A stretch of 64,000 bases of DNA from Felis catus. Taxonomy: Eukaryota. The position numbers were made by a program, and so were the translations under genes. The notes under the pieces are model-generated. The model did no database searches and had not been told where the DNA came from. It saw only the letters and a program-made list of their open reading frames with translations. Shown here one piece after another: positions 36,541 to 49,295 of the stretch; position 1 is the first letter of the stretch; each line of letters opens with the position of its first letter. Where the stretch lies: contig NC_058373.1 in assembly GCF_018350175.1 (NCBI RefSeq), forward strand, positions 110,672,001-110,736,000, read 5' to 3'.

Positions 36541-36711
36541 TGGGTGGCCCAGTTGGTTAAGCATTGGATTTCGGCCTGGGTCATGATCCCAGGGGCATGG
36601 GATCAAGTCCCCTATAGGCTCTGTGCTGAGTGTGGAGTCTGCTTGGGATTCTCTCTCTCCCTCTGCCCCTCTCCTCTGCTCTCTTTCTCTCTAAAATTAA
36701 AAAAAAAAAAA
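36541..36711 (+). mobile_element. CAN-SINE (5'-truncated)
   Basis: Starts tgggtggcccag; A tail. Confidence 0.85.
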
Positions 36712-39700
36712 GATGAAGAGATTGTTTTAATAATTTTCTGGGGTTTTCTAGATCTTATCCCATGAACAAATATTAATATAAACGTTAGCAAATACATAAA
36801 AATAATTGTTGAAATTATTATTTAAATTAATTGCTTAATTTTTTGCATCTTTAAATATACTCAATCAGTTATATCTCAATACAGCTGGGAAAGAAAATTC
36901 AAAGACTTTGTGGTGACATATGTCTGTAGAGAACTAAAAAAGAGGCAGCAGGCATGTTGTTCTCTAGCTTACTAGCTATCTTTACCAAGTCGGTGAACTG
37001 CATGCCAACCATAGCATGTGAGGAAGTAACTCCTATAATGCTGAGTAACACATCTCAGTATGGGCACCTCCTAAAAATTTAAAGGGTTTACACGAGGTAA
37101 GCGGATTTTGCACAAATGTCCTATCGCGATCATTGGCACTCACTATGGGCAAGGCTTTATTCCACGATCTTCACGGAGGTGGAGCTAATGAGACCTCCGG
37201 TTGGTCCTTTGGAGACCCTAACCTCAAAGGGGCTCTGTGGCTGGTCCTCATTCCCAGACCTGGGCCACCCAGTCACATGGGCGTAAGGGATGGACACCCT
37301 GGAGTGTTACTCCATGGGGTGCATTACCCTGGGAAGGACTCCTTTTTGGAGAGACACTCCCAAAGCTGTCATCCCCAGTGGCCATTTCCCTCCTTTGAGT
37401 CCATTTCCCCTCCAAAATTGTGGGAACCACGACTTCCTCCTCTTGGGTACCTCCCACTCCCTAAGCTCCTGTACGTGAAGGTACCCAAGTACTAACTTTC
37501 ACCAAAGTAGGTCATTTTGATTTAGTTGATTTGGTGGGGTGAAGGGAAAGAAGCCATCTCCCTTAAGAGAGGGTGCCAACGCCAGGGCTAAGGGAGAGAG
37601 TGGCAACCATGATTCTAAACTTCTCACAGGGTCAGAAATCCCTGGATGCTTCTGTACAGTTCTGGGGAAAGATTATGAAGTTGGCCACACTGTCCGCTGG
37701 CCCAGGTCAGAGAAGGTGCTTCCTCATTCTCTTCCTGCCTGCGAGCGCCTCTTCATCCAGGAGATCCATTTTCTCCCAGACTGGTTTCGCCACCAGAACA
37801 CGTTCCGTGGCTTAGCTTCTGTTCATAAAGAGCTAGCCGTTCTGGTTGAAACCTGGTGCATCTTGCTCAAATGACCTTCACAGTGGCTCCCTATGTGTTT
37901 CTAGACCATGCTCTTTGGCCTTATTCTAACTTCTCCACAGAGTAGAGAGCCGAGAAAGCTTGGCATCACTGTGCCTCGTAGACTTGCCACCCACCACAGG
38001 AAGTGGCTGTGGCACTGAGAAACCAGGCTGGCCCTGCCCACAACACATAATTACTGGGTTGATCTTTGGATGGTTCGAGCCAGTGCCAAGTCTCTTGTAT
38101 TTGCAGGAGCCAGGACATAACCCCCCGTCCTTTCTTCCAAAACAAACCCAAGGAGCATTTATTCTCTCTGCTGATTTCCTTTGATGAGGTTTTCCAGGGC
38201 CTGATGGATGACTCTGTTCCCTCACCTTGGCCTCTAATTACTACCCACACTTGCTTCCGTCTGTTGTGGTTTCTGAGCTAGGAATGGAAGTGTACTTGGA
38301 TGTTTTATCATCGCTTTGGAACACACGCCGAGAAAAGCAGTGTTCCCTGTAATTTCCACTCCTCTGGATTTCTCTTCAGCCTTGGTTTTTGCTGAAACAG
38401 CACATGAGCCAAAGAACAGACAAGGTATGGGCACCTTCCCAAAGTGCCAGCTACCTCCCTGTCTTATCGAGCGTGAAATCAGATGATGGAGCAAGTTTTC
38501 ACCTTGAATCAGTCATCGATCAGCAAGGAGGTGTGCCCTTACGCACCCTGTCAGGGAACCAGAGGGCGAGGGAGGTTCCCAGAGGTAGAGGCACGCCCTC
38601 TGCCCCCAAGGAGTTCGCCTTGTAGACCGTGCACTCAAGGGTATTCTCCATGCAGACCCCAGTGGCCAAAACTGAACAGATCCAGTTCTCAACCCAGGAG
38701 AAGACGCAGCGGCAACACGTGATTGAATGTGCTGCGTGTGCAGTGACAGCCCTACACATCCACAGCAACTTAAGGTCGCCGTGGACTGGAGGGTTCTGGG
38801 AAGGTGACTTAGAAGAGGCTCCTTAAACTGAATCTTAAAAATCAAGGAAGCGTTATTCAGGGGGAAAGGGAGGGAAGAAAGTAAAGGGGCTCCACACTGC
38901 ATAAAAGTAAGGGCAAACCCAGTTCGTCCAGGCACCTATGCTGTGACCCCCTCCTTTACTCTGATTTCCTTCCGGGCTTTCTCCTTCAACTGGTTTAATA
39001 GAATAAGAGAATCCTCTTAGGCTGCAGCCCTATACCTCCAAATCAAGAGGTGATCTGGACCCTGGAAGGTGAAGAAGCCTCTAAATTCCAGCCTCCCCAA
39101 ATCCACCCCAAGTAACCCAATGCACGTATATAGAGTCACTGAAGTGAAAATAGCTGATTACGGAAGCTGCAGGGGTGTGTGGAAGAGGGTGTTAGACCGA
39201 TGGTGCCCAGGGTTAGTTGGGTGGAAGGTGAGCACGTGCGGGAGACCCAGAAAGGGCTGCTGAGGACCCTGTCGCATTGTGTAAGGAGGTCCGATGGCTT
39301 CACAGCTGTGTTTGTCTTGTAGGGTGGATAGAGGGGCAACTGGAAGGAAAGACTCAAGGGTTGGTCTGACTCACCTGGGCTCTGCACGGAGCCTTCATAA
39401 TCTGAGATTTTCTTTGCGGTGAGAGACGATACTTGCCATCCCTTCCACAGCTACAGGGGACTTCATAGTCAAAAATCTGTGCCTGTAAGGAAGATACCAG
39501 GAAAGACGTATGTGGTGAGCCCTGTGACCTTGGGCCCCTGGTCAGTCTCAGCGCCTCTGAAGTATGTCCCTGCAAGTGACCTCCAGTGTCCCAGTTGCCA
39601 CCAACCCAGAGCCAGCTCTCGCCTCAGCTCCTGGCTTCCCCACCCTGTGCTCCTGGCAGCACTTTTTCCCCCTGATCCCCATGCCGACAGCAGCCCAGGC

Positions 39701-40189
39701 GAGACGGCAGCATCCTGGACCTGCCCAGGCTCTTCCCCTGGGTCAGCACCCAGGAGGAGGGAGGCGGGGGAAGCAGCGGCCCAGGAAGTGGGAACAGTGA
39801 ACCCAGAGGAGGACACCAGGAGGCCTGTGCCTGACACAGGGGCCCCGGGACTGTTAACCTGCCCGGGAGCTGGCGGTATTTTGGTTTGAGTGTGGGAGTA
39901 GTTTTTTGTTGCTATCCGTGTATTTATTCATCAGGGTTGGAACTCCAAGAGGGCATGTCTGTACTGTTCACCACAGTCTTCTAGCAAGAGGCATCATGAT
40001 GGTGCTGCCGAGAGGAGGTCCCCACGAAGGTTCTGTCCGTGAGAAGAGAACACGAGCACCTCTAGGAGGTTCTGCTGTTTTGTTTCCTGCTGTATCCTCC
40101 CTGCTTGCCACGTAGTAGACACTAAATAAATACTTGTTTATTGAATTAATTGCTTAAAAGTCACGAGATCAAAGCTGGAAGCTTTAAAA

Positions 40190-40369
40190 AAAATTATTTA
40201 TTTATTTATTTATTTTGAGAGAGAGAGAGAGAGAGAGAGAGAATCCCAAGCAGGTTCAGTGCTGTCAGTACAGGGCTCCACAGGGGCTCGAACTCACCAA
40301 TCGTGAGATCACGACCTGAGTGGACGTGAACAGTCCGACGCTTAATGGACTGAGCCACCCAGGTGCCCC
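40190..40369 (-). mobile_element. CAN-SINE
   Basis: Reverse head and tail. Confidence 0.88.
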
Positions 40370-41289
40370 AAGGCTGGAGGCCTTTTTTCAAGGTTGTAAT
40401 CTGGGGAGAGCCGGGGCAGAAATTTTGCAGAGCCTGAATTCAAGATCCATCCATCCATTTATTGAATACCTACTGTGTGCTACACACTGTGATGGATGTT
40501 TGAGGTACAGAAATGAATCAGATATGATCTGTCTTCAGGAGGGTCACAGGAGATTTGAAACAAATTAATGGCAAAAAAAAAAAAATGCTGCTGGAATTAG
40601 GTAGAAACAGAGGAAGTCTGTAGAAGGGGATTGAAGCATTGTCCTGGCCTCCAAGAGATGTTTTATAAAGAAGTTTCTCCCAGCCTAAATTTCCTGATCT
40701 GTAACGGGGGGATAATAATCTCTTCTGTTTACTCCAGGGGTTGTCGTGAGGAGTAAATGAGCTAATGTGGGAACATCGCTCGGCATAGGGAAAGGCACGC
40801 AGGGGCACAGGGTGCAGGGGGTCCCCAAGGGAGAACAACAGGTTTCATGCAGGGAGGAGGTGCTCACAAAAGACTTCTCAGAGGAGGGACTCAAGCTGGG
40901 TCTTTCAGGATGAGGGCGTGTCGGCCAGGTGAGCTCAGAAGAGGGCGGTTAGATGGGATGATGGTAAGGATTCTAGCCCAGCCATTCTAGCCCAGCAAAT
41001 AAAGGGGTCCCAGGAGGCCGTGGAAGGGGTGCTTAATACAGGAATCACCCTGACCTCTGACCCCCACCCCTCAACACACAACGCCCATCAACTGGAAGGT
41101 TCTGCTCTTTTCCAAGGAGCTCTGTGGTGTCAGCTGTGCATTTAGGGCCTTCTAAGGCATGATTACCAGGATGCGCTTCACCTACATCTGCAGGCACACA
41201 GAAGATTTACCCACACAGTTCAGCTGGGGGTGACCTCTCGGAACTGTCAGTCTGCCTGGAGGATGGGCCAAAGACCACGTAACTCTGCT

Positions 41290-41505
41290 CCGTTCTAAGC
41301 ACTTTATCTGTACTAACTCATTTAACCCTCAGAAAAACAAACCAGCGAGGTAGGTGCGATTACTGGCCCCAGGCTCTAATTGAGAGTGCAGGGGCACAGA
41401 GAGGTTAAGTCATTTGCTTGAGGCCACACAGCTGGGACACGGTGGAAGTAGGCTTCGAACCCAGGCAGTCTGGTCCAGAGTTGGAGCTGTTAGCCACCAC
41501 TCTAG
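41290..41505 (-). mobile_element. MIR
   Basis: taactcatttaaccctca..ggcacagagaggttaagtcatttgc..ttcgaacccaggcagtctgg. Confidence 0.8.
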
Positions 41506-42569
41506 TTACAAACACAAGGAGGGGTGGAGAATCACAGTCTTTACTGTTTCTGTGGGTGTAAAAACCACTTAAGTTTGTTTCGGCAGGAGTATCAGAGACC
41601 TACAGTTCTAGGGTCTAACCCTCAGTTCTAGGGTCCTGGAGACTAAAACTCTGAAGACTACAGACCCTTCCCAGGAAAGCACACGGTTGCGTATGTAATT
41701 CTGGGGGTTTGTGGGTCTCCTGAAGCCTCTCCAAACACCCCTTACAAGACTGTGAATTGGGGGTTGACAGGGCCAAGATTTCCTATTTGGCCTGGAGATG
41801 GGGGTGGGGCTGGGGGTGGGCGTGGGGTTTGCTGGAGACACCAAGCCCGAGGCAGACTCCGGCCGCCCGGTTTAGTGCTCTGGGGATGAAAGCATTCATT
41901 TCAAACTCTGAATCATCTGGTGCCATTTCTTCACACATTTCTGCAAGAAAAGAAGGCTTTATTTGGAATGATTCACCAACATATAAATCAAGAGACATGC
42001 AAACCAGACTTAAAGGAGCTACAGAAACTTACAAAGCCTAGAAACTATGAAAACAAACTATTTCCAGTGTTCCCATCGCAAGGCATGTAAACTCAACTCC
42101 GGAGAAAAGAACAAATGAAATCAACTCACTTTTCAAGAGGCTACAATTCTAGCTAATATAATACACAGCTATCTTCTTTGAAAATTGAATCGAGGGAACA
42201 CATGAATAGGATTAAGAAGTAAAAAAAAAAAAAAAAAAAACCCCAAATCGGAAAATCCAACAATGCAAAGCAACAGCTGTGACTCTTCCCACCTTGAGTC
42301 CCAGAGCCTAAAGGTAACTAATTTACCCGCTCTGTTTTTTACTGCTTCTGGGAGTTACCCCTTCTCTCTAAATGATATGCTTGAATTCTGTTGTTCTGCT
42401 GTCATAGCAACGGTTTAGATTATGTCACCAGCTCTACGACACCCCCTTCCCATTTATGTGTATGTAAACTACTACTTCTCCTCTGCTGCATTCATTGGTT
42501 AACATTATAACTCTGGAAAATATATACTTAAATCTCTTGATCTGGCTCATTCAACTGTTGACAGTCTCT

Positions 42570-42690
42570 GTTTCCCTGCTTTACAGATGAGGAGATGGGA
42601 GGCTTAGACAGATCATCGCTCGCCCAGGGCCACATAGTTGGTTAAGTGGCGGATCTGGTTACAAGCCCCGCTCAGCCCCCGAGCGCTGAG
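42570..42690 (-). mobile_element. MIR fragment
   Basis: tttacagatgaggagatgggaggc..gcccagggccacatag. Confidence 0.6.
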
Positions 42691-43503
42691 CGCTGCCGTG
42701 ACTTGCTGTGGTCCCAGAACCACTGTGCTTGGCACCTATCACCGAAGTGGGGCCACCTGCTATTTTTATACCTGTTACTCTGTAAAGAGAGCAGTCTTCC
42801 CAAGGATTCAGCTCCGCCAGCTAGTAAAAATACCCTGTTGGTCAGCGGAGGGGGGTTGTTTACAGAGTGGATTTCAGAGTGCCGTGATTCGGTCCTGGAG
42901 GTTGGGGCCCATCTCAGTTTCCTCATTCTCTTGCTGCAGGGAAGCCGGACTAGAAATGGTTCGGTAGAAGCCAGCTCAGAGGTTCCCCGCTCAGCACTGT
43001 GAATCTTCGATAGTGGCAAAAGAGAACACAGATACTGAGGTCAGTAGCTACTTGTTCAGGGTCCCAACCAAGTCTGGGAACACAGGGGTGGTCTCACTGG
43101 GTATCTCCCTCCTCTGTGGAGCTGTGAAAGACTGGGTTTGTTTTCATCACTTCTCGATGGTTTCAATCCCAAATCAGACCAGGGCACACCTGATAACAGT
43201 TGTTTCTCAAGCTTTTTTCGGTTCATCTGCTACTTTATCAGAACAAAGACACCTGTGTCAGCATCTATGCATTAGCATGCTGGTAAAATCCAGCGGGCAC
43301 TCCTGGAAGGGGGTGGTGGTGCTGAAGCATTTGCCAGTTTCCAGGGTGTAAATGCTGCCACCATAGTCGATTTCAAGCTACCAGCATGACTTCACTGAAC
43401 ATGAAATAGGCAAGAAATGCACAGTAGCAATTCATTATAAAGTTATTTCCACCATACAGAGGCAATAGATACAAACAACCTCTAAAGCACAGATAATCAG
43501 GTG

Positions 43504-43735
43504 TTTTTTTTTTTTTATGTTTATTTATTTTTGAGAGAGAGACAGAGGGTGAGCAGGGGAGGGGCAGAGAGAGAGGGAGACACAGAATCAGAAGCAGGCT
43601 CCAGGCTCCCGGCTCCTGGCTCCAGGCTCCCAGCTGTCAGCACAGAGCCCGATGAGGGGCTTGAGCTCACAGACCATGAGATCATGACCTGAGCCGAAGT
43701 CGGATGCTCAACCAACTGACTCACGCAGGCACCCC
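43504..43735 (-). mobile_element. CAN-SINE in MER63
   Basis: Flanked by aagcacag(a/g)taatca; internal ggctccN tandem expansion. Confidence 0.9.
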
Positions 43736-43768
43736 AGAAGCACAGGTAATCATAAACTAGAGTGAAAC

Positions 43769-44164
43769 TGATGAAATTTGAAGTGGGGTTCATGAGTGAA
43801 AAGCTAAGAAAGAATTCTTGAGACTTGTTTTGGTGCAAAAAGGTGATTTTTATGACAGAACCTGTGGGCAGAAAGAGCGTCATGGGATTGTGAAGAGTGA
43901 CTGATCATACGCTTTTTAATTAGTGGGGGTTAGGGATAGCGTAAGTCTCTAAGGAATTTGGAAGCAAGGCTTTCGGGACCTTGACAGGCTAGCAACTGTT
44001 AAGGTTAATTTCAGTCTTTAATGAAACAGACACATTAAGGAAGTAAGGCAGCCATGAGTTCCTTGAGGAAAGTCACGCTCTGCATGTTTCAGGCGTCGAT
44101 CAGTGGGCTACAAGCTGTAAGGAAATTTCGTTTAAGCTACTTTCTCTTGCCTTTGTTTCCCTCA
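43769..44164 (-). mobile_element. Probable solo ERV LTR (unclassified) in MER63
   Basis: About 400-bp TG...CA-bounded block cleanly interrupting MER63; TSD not clear. Confidence 0.55.
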
Positions 44165-44400
44165 CCAGAATAATTAGGAAATGTTGATTTTTGAATACAG
44201 GCATACCTTAGAGATAGTGTGGGTTTGGTTCCCGACCAATGAAATAAAGCAAGTATCACAATATAGTGAGTCAAATGAATTTTTTGGTTTCCCAGTGCAT
44301 TTAAAAGTTATGCTTACACTATACTGTAGTCTATTAAGTGTGCAACAGCACTATGTATAAAAAATCAATGTACACACCTTAATTTAAAGATATTTTATTG

Positions 44401-44844
44401 GGCAAAAACCAAATATCCAAAGAAGACATCCAGATGACTAACAGACACAAGAAAAAATGCTCAACATCACTCATCATCAGGGAAATACAAATCAAAACCA
44501 CAATGAGATATCACCTCACACCTGTCAGAATGGCTAACAGTAACAGCTCAGGCAACAACAGATGTTGGCAAGGATACGGAGAAAGAGGATCTCTTTTGCA
44601 CAGCTGGTGGGAATGCAAGCTGGTGCAGCCACTCTGGAAAATAGTATGGAAGTTCCTCAAAAAATGAAAAATAGAACTACCCTACAACCCAGCAATTGCA
44701 CTACTAGGTATTTATCCAACGGATACAGGTGTGCTGTTTCGAACGTTGCACCCCAACGTTTATAGCAGCACTATCAACAATAGCCAAAGTACGGAAAGAG
44801 CCCAAATGTCCATCGATGGATGAATGGATAAAGAAGAAGTGGTG

Positions 44845-44877
<33 letters not shown>

Positions 44878-45305
44878 ACTGGAGTACTACACGGCAATCA
44901 AAAAGAATGAAATCTTGCCATTTGCAGCTATGTGGATAGAACTAGAGGGTATTATGCAGAGCAAAATTAGGGAAAGACAAATATCATATGACTTCACTCC
45001 TAGTGTAGAATTTAAGATACAAAACAGATGAACATAAGGGAAGGGAAGCAAAAATAATATAAAAACAGGGAGGAGGACAAAGTGTAAGAAACTCTTAAAT
45101 ATGGAGAACAAACTGAGGGTTGCTGGAGGGGTTATGGAAAGGGGGATGGGCTAAATGGGTAAGGGGCATTAAGAAGGACACTTGTTGGGATGAGTACTAG
45201 GTATTATATGTAGGGGATGAATCACTAGAATCTACTCCTGAAATCATTATTGCACTATATGCCAACTAACTTGGATGTAAATTAAAAAATAAAAAATAAG
45301 AAAAA

Positions 45306-45352
<47 letters not shown>
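44401..45352 (+). mobile_element. 5'-truncated felid/carnivore L1 (ORF2 C-terminus, 3' UTR, (TAAA)n tail)
   Basis: [40 protein letters not shown]; target duplication aaa.atactttattg. Confidence 0.93.
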
Positions 45353-45365
45353 AAATACTTTATTG

Positions 45366-45490
45366 GGGCACCTGGGTGGCTCAGTCAGTTAAGCATCTGA
45401 CTTTGGCTCAGGTCATGACCTCAGGGTTCATGAGTTCGAGCCCCACATGACTCTGTGCTGATAACTCAGAGCCTGGAGCCTACTTCGGAT

Positions 45491-45545
<55 letters not shown>

Positions 45546-45625
45546 CTCTCTGCCTCTCTCTGCCTCTCCCCTGCTTGTGCTCTCTCTCTCAAAAATAAGT
45601 AAATAAACATTTTAAAAATTATAAA
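45366..45625 (+). mobile_element. CAN-SINE at the same target as the L1
   Basis: Flanked by aaaaata/cctttattg. Confidence 0.9.
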
Positions 45626-45949
45626 AAATCCTTTATTGCTAAAAATAAAAATACTTTATTGCTAAAAAATGCTAACCATCATCTGAGCTTTCAGTGAATC
45701 ATACTGATTACAGGTCACCATAACAAATATGATAATAATGACAAACTTTGAAATCTTGCAAGAATTACTAACATGTGGCACAGAGACAGGAAGTGAACAA
45801 ATGTAGTTGGAAAAATGCTGCTGATAGACTTGCTCAGTGTAAGGTTGTCACGAACCTTCAATTTGTAACAAAACATAATGTATCTGCCAAGCTATGCTTC
45901 TATTTATTACTTCTTGAAAACTCTACAATTTATTTCACTGTGTTTGTAA

Positions 45950-46427
45950 TTTAATTTTTTTTATTAAAAAATTTTTAATGTTTATTTTTGAAAGAGAGAC
46001 ATAAAAACATTTTAAAAAATTAAAAAAAAAGGGGGTACCTGGGTGGCTCAGTCGGTTGGGCGTCTGACTTGGGCTCAGGTCATGATCTTACAGCTCATGA
46101 GTTCGAGCCCCACGTCGGGCTTTTTGCTGACAGCTCAGAGCCTAGAGCCTGCTTTGGATTCTGTGTCTCCCTCTCTGCACCTCCCCTGCTCATGCTCTGT
46201 CTCTGTCTCAAAAATAAATAAAAAGATTTAAAAAAAAAGAAAAAAGAAAGAGAGACAGAACGTGAGTAGGGGAGGGGCAGAGAGAGAGGGAGACACAGAC
46301 TCCGAAGCAGGCTCCAGGCTCTGAGCTGTCAGTACAGATCCCAACATGGGGCTCAAACCCATGGACCACAAGATCATGACCTGAGCCAAAGTCAGATGCT
46401 CAACCAACTGAGCCACCCAGGAACCCC
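45950..46427 (-). mobile_element. CAN-SINE interrupted by an opposite-strand SINE
   Basis: Tail near 45950-46000, body 46247-46427; TSD tgtaatttaatttt. Confidence 0.87.
46031..46246 (+). mobile_element. CAN-SINE nested in a SINE
   Basis: Head and tail; gaaagagagaca on both sides. Confidence 0.88.
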
Positions 46428-46969
46428 TGTAATTTAATTTTAAATAATGCCTGTATTTAACAACTGGCTCCTAAGCTTCCTGAAAATTCAAAATCTTGTG
46501 AGCTTGCCCAGACCGCTCCAGTGGGTCACTGCCCCCGTACAACTTTGGAAGCTGCTGCCTGGGCCTAAGCCGGGAGCAAGGAGGCTGGGATTTAGTATAA
46601 GACTATAATATCATAAGTGACCAGACTGGAAAACATAAAATGTCCAGGAGGCTGGGCTCTGGTGGCCCAGAAACAGAGGAACAGGAGGCCAAAATCTCTG
46701 AGAGATTGAGTGGAGCTGGGTGGAAATCTTAGTATACTCAGATGTACAGAAAAGGGCAACATTCCTTGCGATTGTTCTTACCTTCCTCTACGGACTGTAT
46801 TTCCTCTGGTGGGTGCAGAGACTTCCACTTGTCTCTTTGAAAGGGAATTCGAAAGACCTCATTTTCTTTTAGTTTAGAATAATCTCTCCAGGCTCGCTCA
46901 GCCCCTCTTGGCTATAGATCTAGTCTTTCAGATTTCTCCCCACACACCTTGGGCCTTTAGGAAAGATGG

Positions 46970-48074
46970 TGTATTAATTTGCTGGCATCGCTGTAACAAA
47001 GGACCACAGTCTGAGTAGCTGAAACAATAGAAATTGATCGTCTCTCAGTTCTGGAAGCTGGAGGTCCAAAGTCAAGGTGTTAGTAGGGTTGATTATGTCT
47101 CCCAGTTTCCCATTGTATATAAGGGTACAAGTCATGAACTAGGGACTCATCCTATTCAATATGACCTCATCTTAATTATATCTGCACCAATCTGATTTCC
47201 AAATAAGGTCACATTGTGAGGTACTAGGGGTGTGATACTGCGATTTCTAGTAAGAAATTTATATTTGGCCTTTGTCCTATTTCTGACACAGAGCTCCTAA
47301 AACTCTGGATATTTCCCAAGTGATGAGAGCAATAAAGGTGTCCTCTGTTGTGTTAATGAAGTTAACCTTGGACCACACCTAAGGATGGGGCTGGTTGCCA
47401 GCGAAGCCAACCTTGTGATTGGACGGCTGGAACTTTCAGTCTGCCCCCCCTGCCCCCCTCCCGCCCCCATCTTTGGCACTAGGAGCAGGGCTGCAGGGTG
47501 ACTCAATTGCCAATGGCCAATGATATAATCCATTGTGCCTATGTAAAGAAGCCTGTGTAAAAACCCAAAAGGATGGAGTTCACAGTGCGTTCAGGACGGT
47601 GTGATTCAAGGGCAGTGGCATGCTCAGCCAGGGCATGGGAGCCTTGTGCCCTTTGCTCATACCTCACCGTATGCGTGTCTTCCATCAATAAAATGTTTCC
47701 CTGAGTTCTGTGAGCCACTGTAGCAAATTAATCAAATCCAAAAGCGGGGGGTGGGGTGGTGTGTGTGTGGGAGGTCACTGGAACCTCCAATAAGAAGCAC
47801 GGGTGATAACCTGGGCCTACAATTGGCATCTGAAGTATCGGAGGAAGGGCAGTCTAGTAGGACTGAGCCCTTTACCTGTGGAACCTGATGTTATCGCTGG
47901 GTAGACAGCGTCAGAACTGAGTTACATTGTGGGACCCCCAGCTGGTGTCAGAGAATTGCTTGGTGGTGTGTGAAAAACCCCTCTCGCCACACTGAGACTG
48001 GGTGCAGAAATCTTATTAAAGGGTTAGGAATTCAACATATAAATTTGGTGGGGGACGCAATTCAACCCATAACA
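46970..48074 (-). mobile_element. MLT1B/C-like MaLR LTR, split by MER21
   Basis: cagttctggaagctggaggtccaaagtcaaggtg..tttccaaataaggtcacatt; resumes gggttagg..caattcaacccataaca. Confidence 0.8.
47231..48020 (+). mobile_element. MER21-like ERVL LTR
   Basis: tgtgatactgcgatt..cacagagctcctaaaac..tttccctgagttctgtgagcc..gcaaattaatcaaa..ggcatctgaagt. Confidence 0.8.
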
Positions 48075-48874
48075 AATGATATTTTGTGGCAGGAGTGTCC
48101 GAGTGGGAATGGCTATGCACGGGTCCTCATGAGGGTGGTGGGTCTGGGAACCATCCTCCTCGTCCTTCTTGGTCTTCTCTGTAGGGTGACTGGTTTGATC
48201 TGGTTTTTGAATATCCAGTGACTGCCAAGTGCTCACTCAGGTGAAGCTGGTCTCAGCAGGCTCTTTGGCTCCCGCATCAATTGTCCTTCTGGTCATTTGG
48301 TTCGTAACATTCTGTGGCCTCTCACTCTCCCTCAACTTTCTGTGCTCTACTGGTTCCAAGTAAGTACTTACAGAGAACTGCAGAGTTTAGGGCTCCGTGA
48401 GACCCTCTTGCAGCCCACCTATTTCTTCACCATCGTCAGCCTTGGCCACCCAGGTTGGATGCGGACTTTCCCTAACGTGCCCGAGGAAAGAAGGAATAGC
48501 CCACTGCTCTGGGAGTCTCCTAGACTGACCCAACAGGGTCCCAAGCCCAAATAGAGAGTGGGACATGTCCCCCTTCCTCACACTATTTGCTTCTCTTCCT
48601 GTTCTTTCTCCCACTTTCTGCCGCTGGAAATGTGGTCTGCTTCTCCCCTAGATGAATGAATATTTAAGTTCTCTCTCCCTATGGCTTGGAGTAAAAGTCA
48701 ACATATAAAACTCTAAGCAACACTTTTTTTGAATATGTACATATTTGATATATGTGTATATCATACATATGTTTATGATTTTATATATGTGACACTATAC
48801 TAATGTATTATGTGTTTTATAAAACATATCCCACAATAGGTATTTTATCTAAAAATTTTAAAAAATTAAGAAAA

Positions 48875-49081
48875 TATTTTTTTAATCTTTATTTATTTTT
48901 GAGCGAGAGACAGAGTGTGAGCAGGAGAGGACCAGAGAGGGAAGGAGACACAGAATCCGAAGCAGGCTCCAGGCTCTGAGCTGTCAGCACAGAGCCTGAT
49001 GGGGGGCTCGAACCCACAAACTGAGAGATCATGACCTGAGCCGAATTCAGATGCTTAACCGACTGAGCCACCCAGCGCCCC
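48875..49081 (-). mobile_element. CAN-SINE
   Basis: Reverse head and tail. Confidence 0.88.
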
Positions 49082-49087
49082 TAAAAA

Positions 49088-49295
49088 ATTTTTTTAGTTT
49101 TATTCATTTTTTGAGAGAGGGAGAGAGACAGAGCATGACCGGGGGAGGGGAAGAGAGAGAGGAAAGCACAGAATCCAAAGCAGGCTCCAGGAGAGCTGTC
49201 AGCACAGAGCCTGATGCGAGGCTCAAACCCACAAACACAAGATCATGACCTGAGCTGAAGTCAGGTGCTTAACTGACTGAGCCATCCAGGTGCCC
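49088..49295 (-). mobile_element. CAN-SINE, tandem to the previous one
   Basis: Reverse head and tail. Confidence 0.88.

Larger units (their letters stand above)
44198..45900. mobile_element. Internally deleted Tigger1 derivative (Tigger1a-like), split by L1 and SINE
   Basis: TA|caggcatacc TIR, ttttttggtttcccagtgcat, degenerate TIR gctatgcttc|TA. Confidence 0.85.
43270..46531 (+). mobile_element. MER63B-like hAT-Blackjack element, fragmented by nested insertions
   Basis: ggtgtaaatgctgccaccatagtcgatttcaagctacca..tttccaccatacaga; resumes near 43736, 44168, 45901 and 46428; ends ccgctccagtgggtcactg. Confidence 0.8.

Noticed and set aside
37170..37345. Patchy resemblance to RNase P RNA (cggaggtggagct, gggccac, ccctgggaagg)
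   Set aside because: Short scattered matches with wrong spacing, and the conserved GAAGGTCTGAGAC core is absent; a cmsearch with the nuclear RNase P model would settle it
39419..39889. 156-aa ORF and overlapping antisense ORFs
   Set aside because: GC-rich chance ORFs; no recognisable domain, no ATG start, no splice context
41799..41828. G-quadruplex-like run
   Set aside because: Common in mammalian DNA and without supporting context
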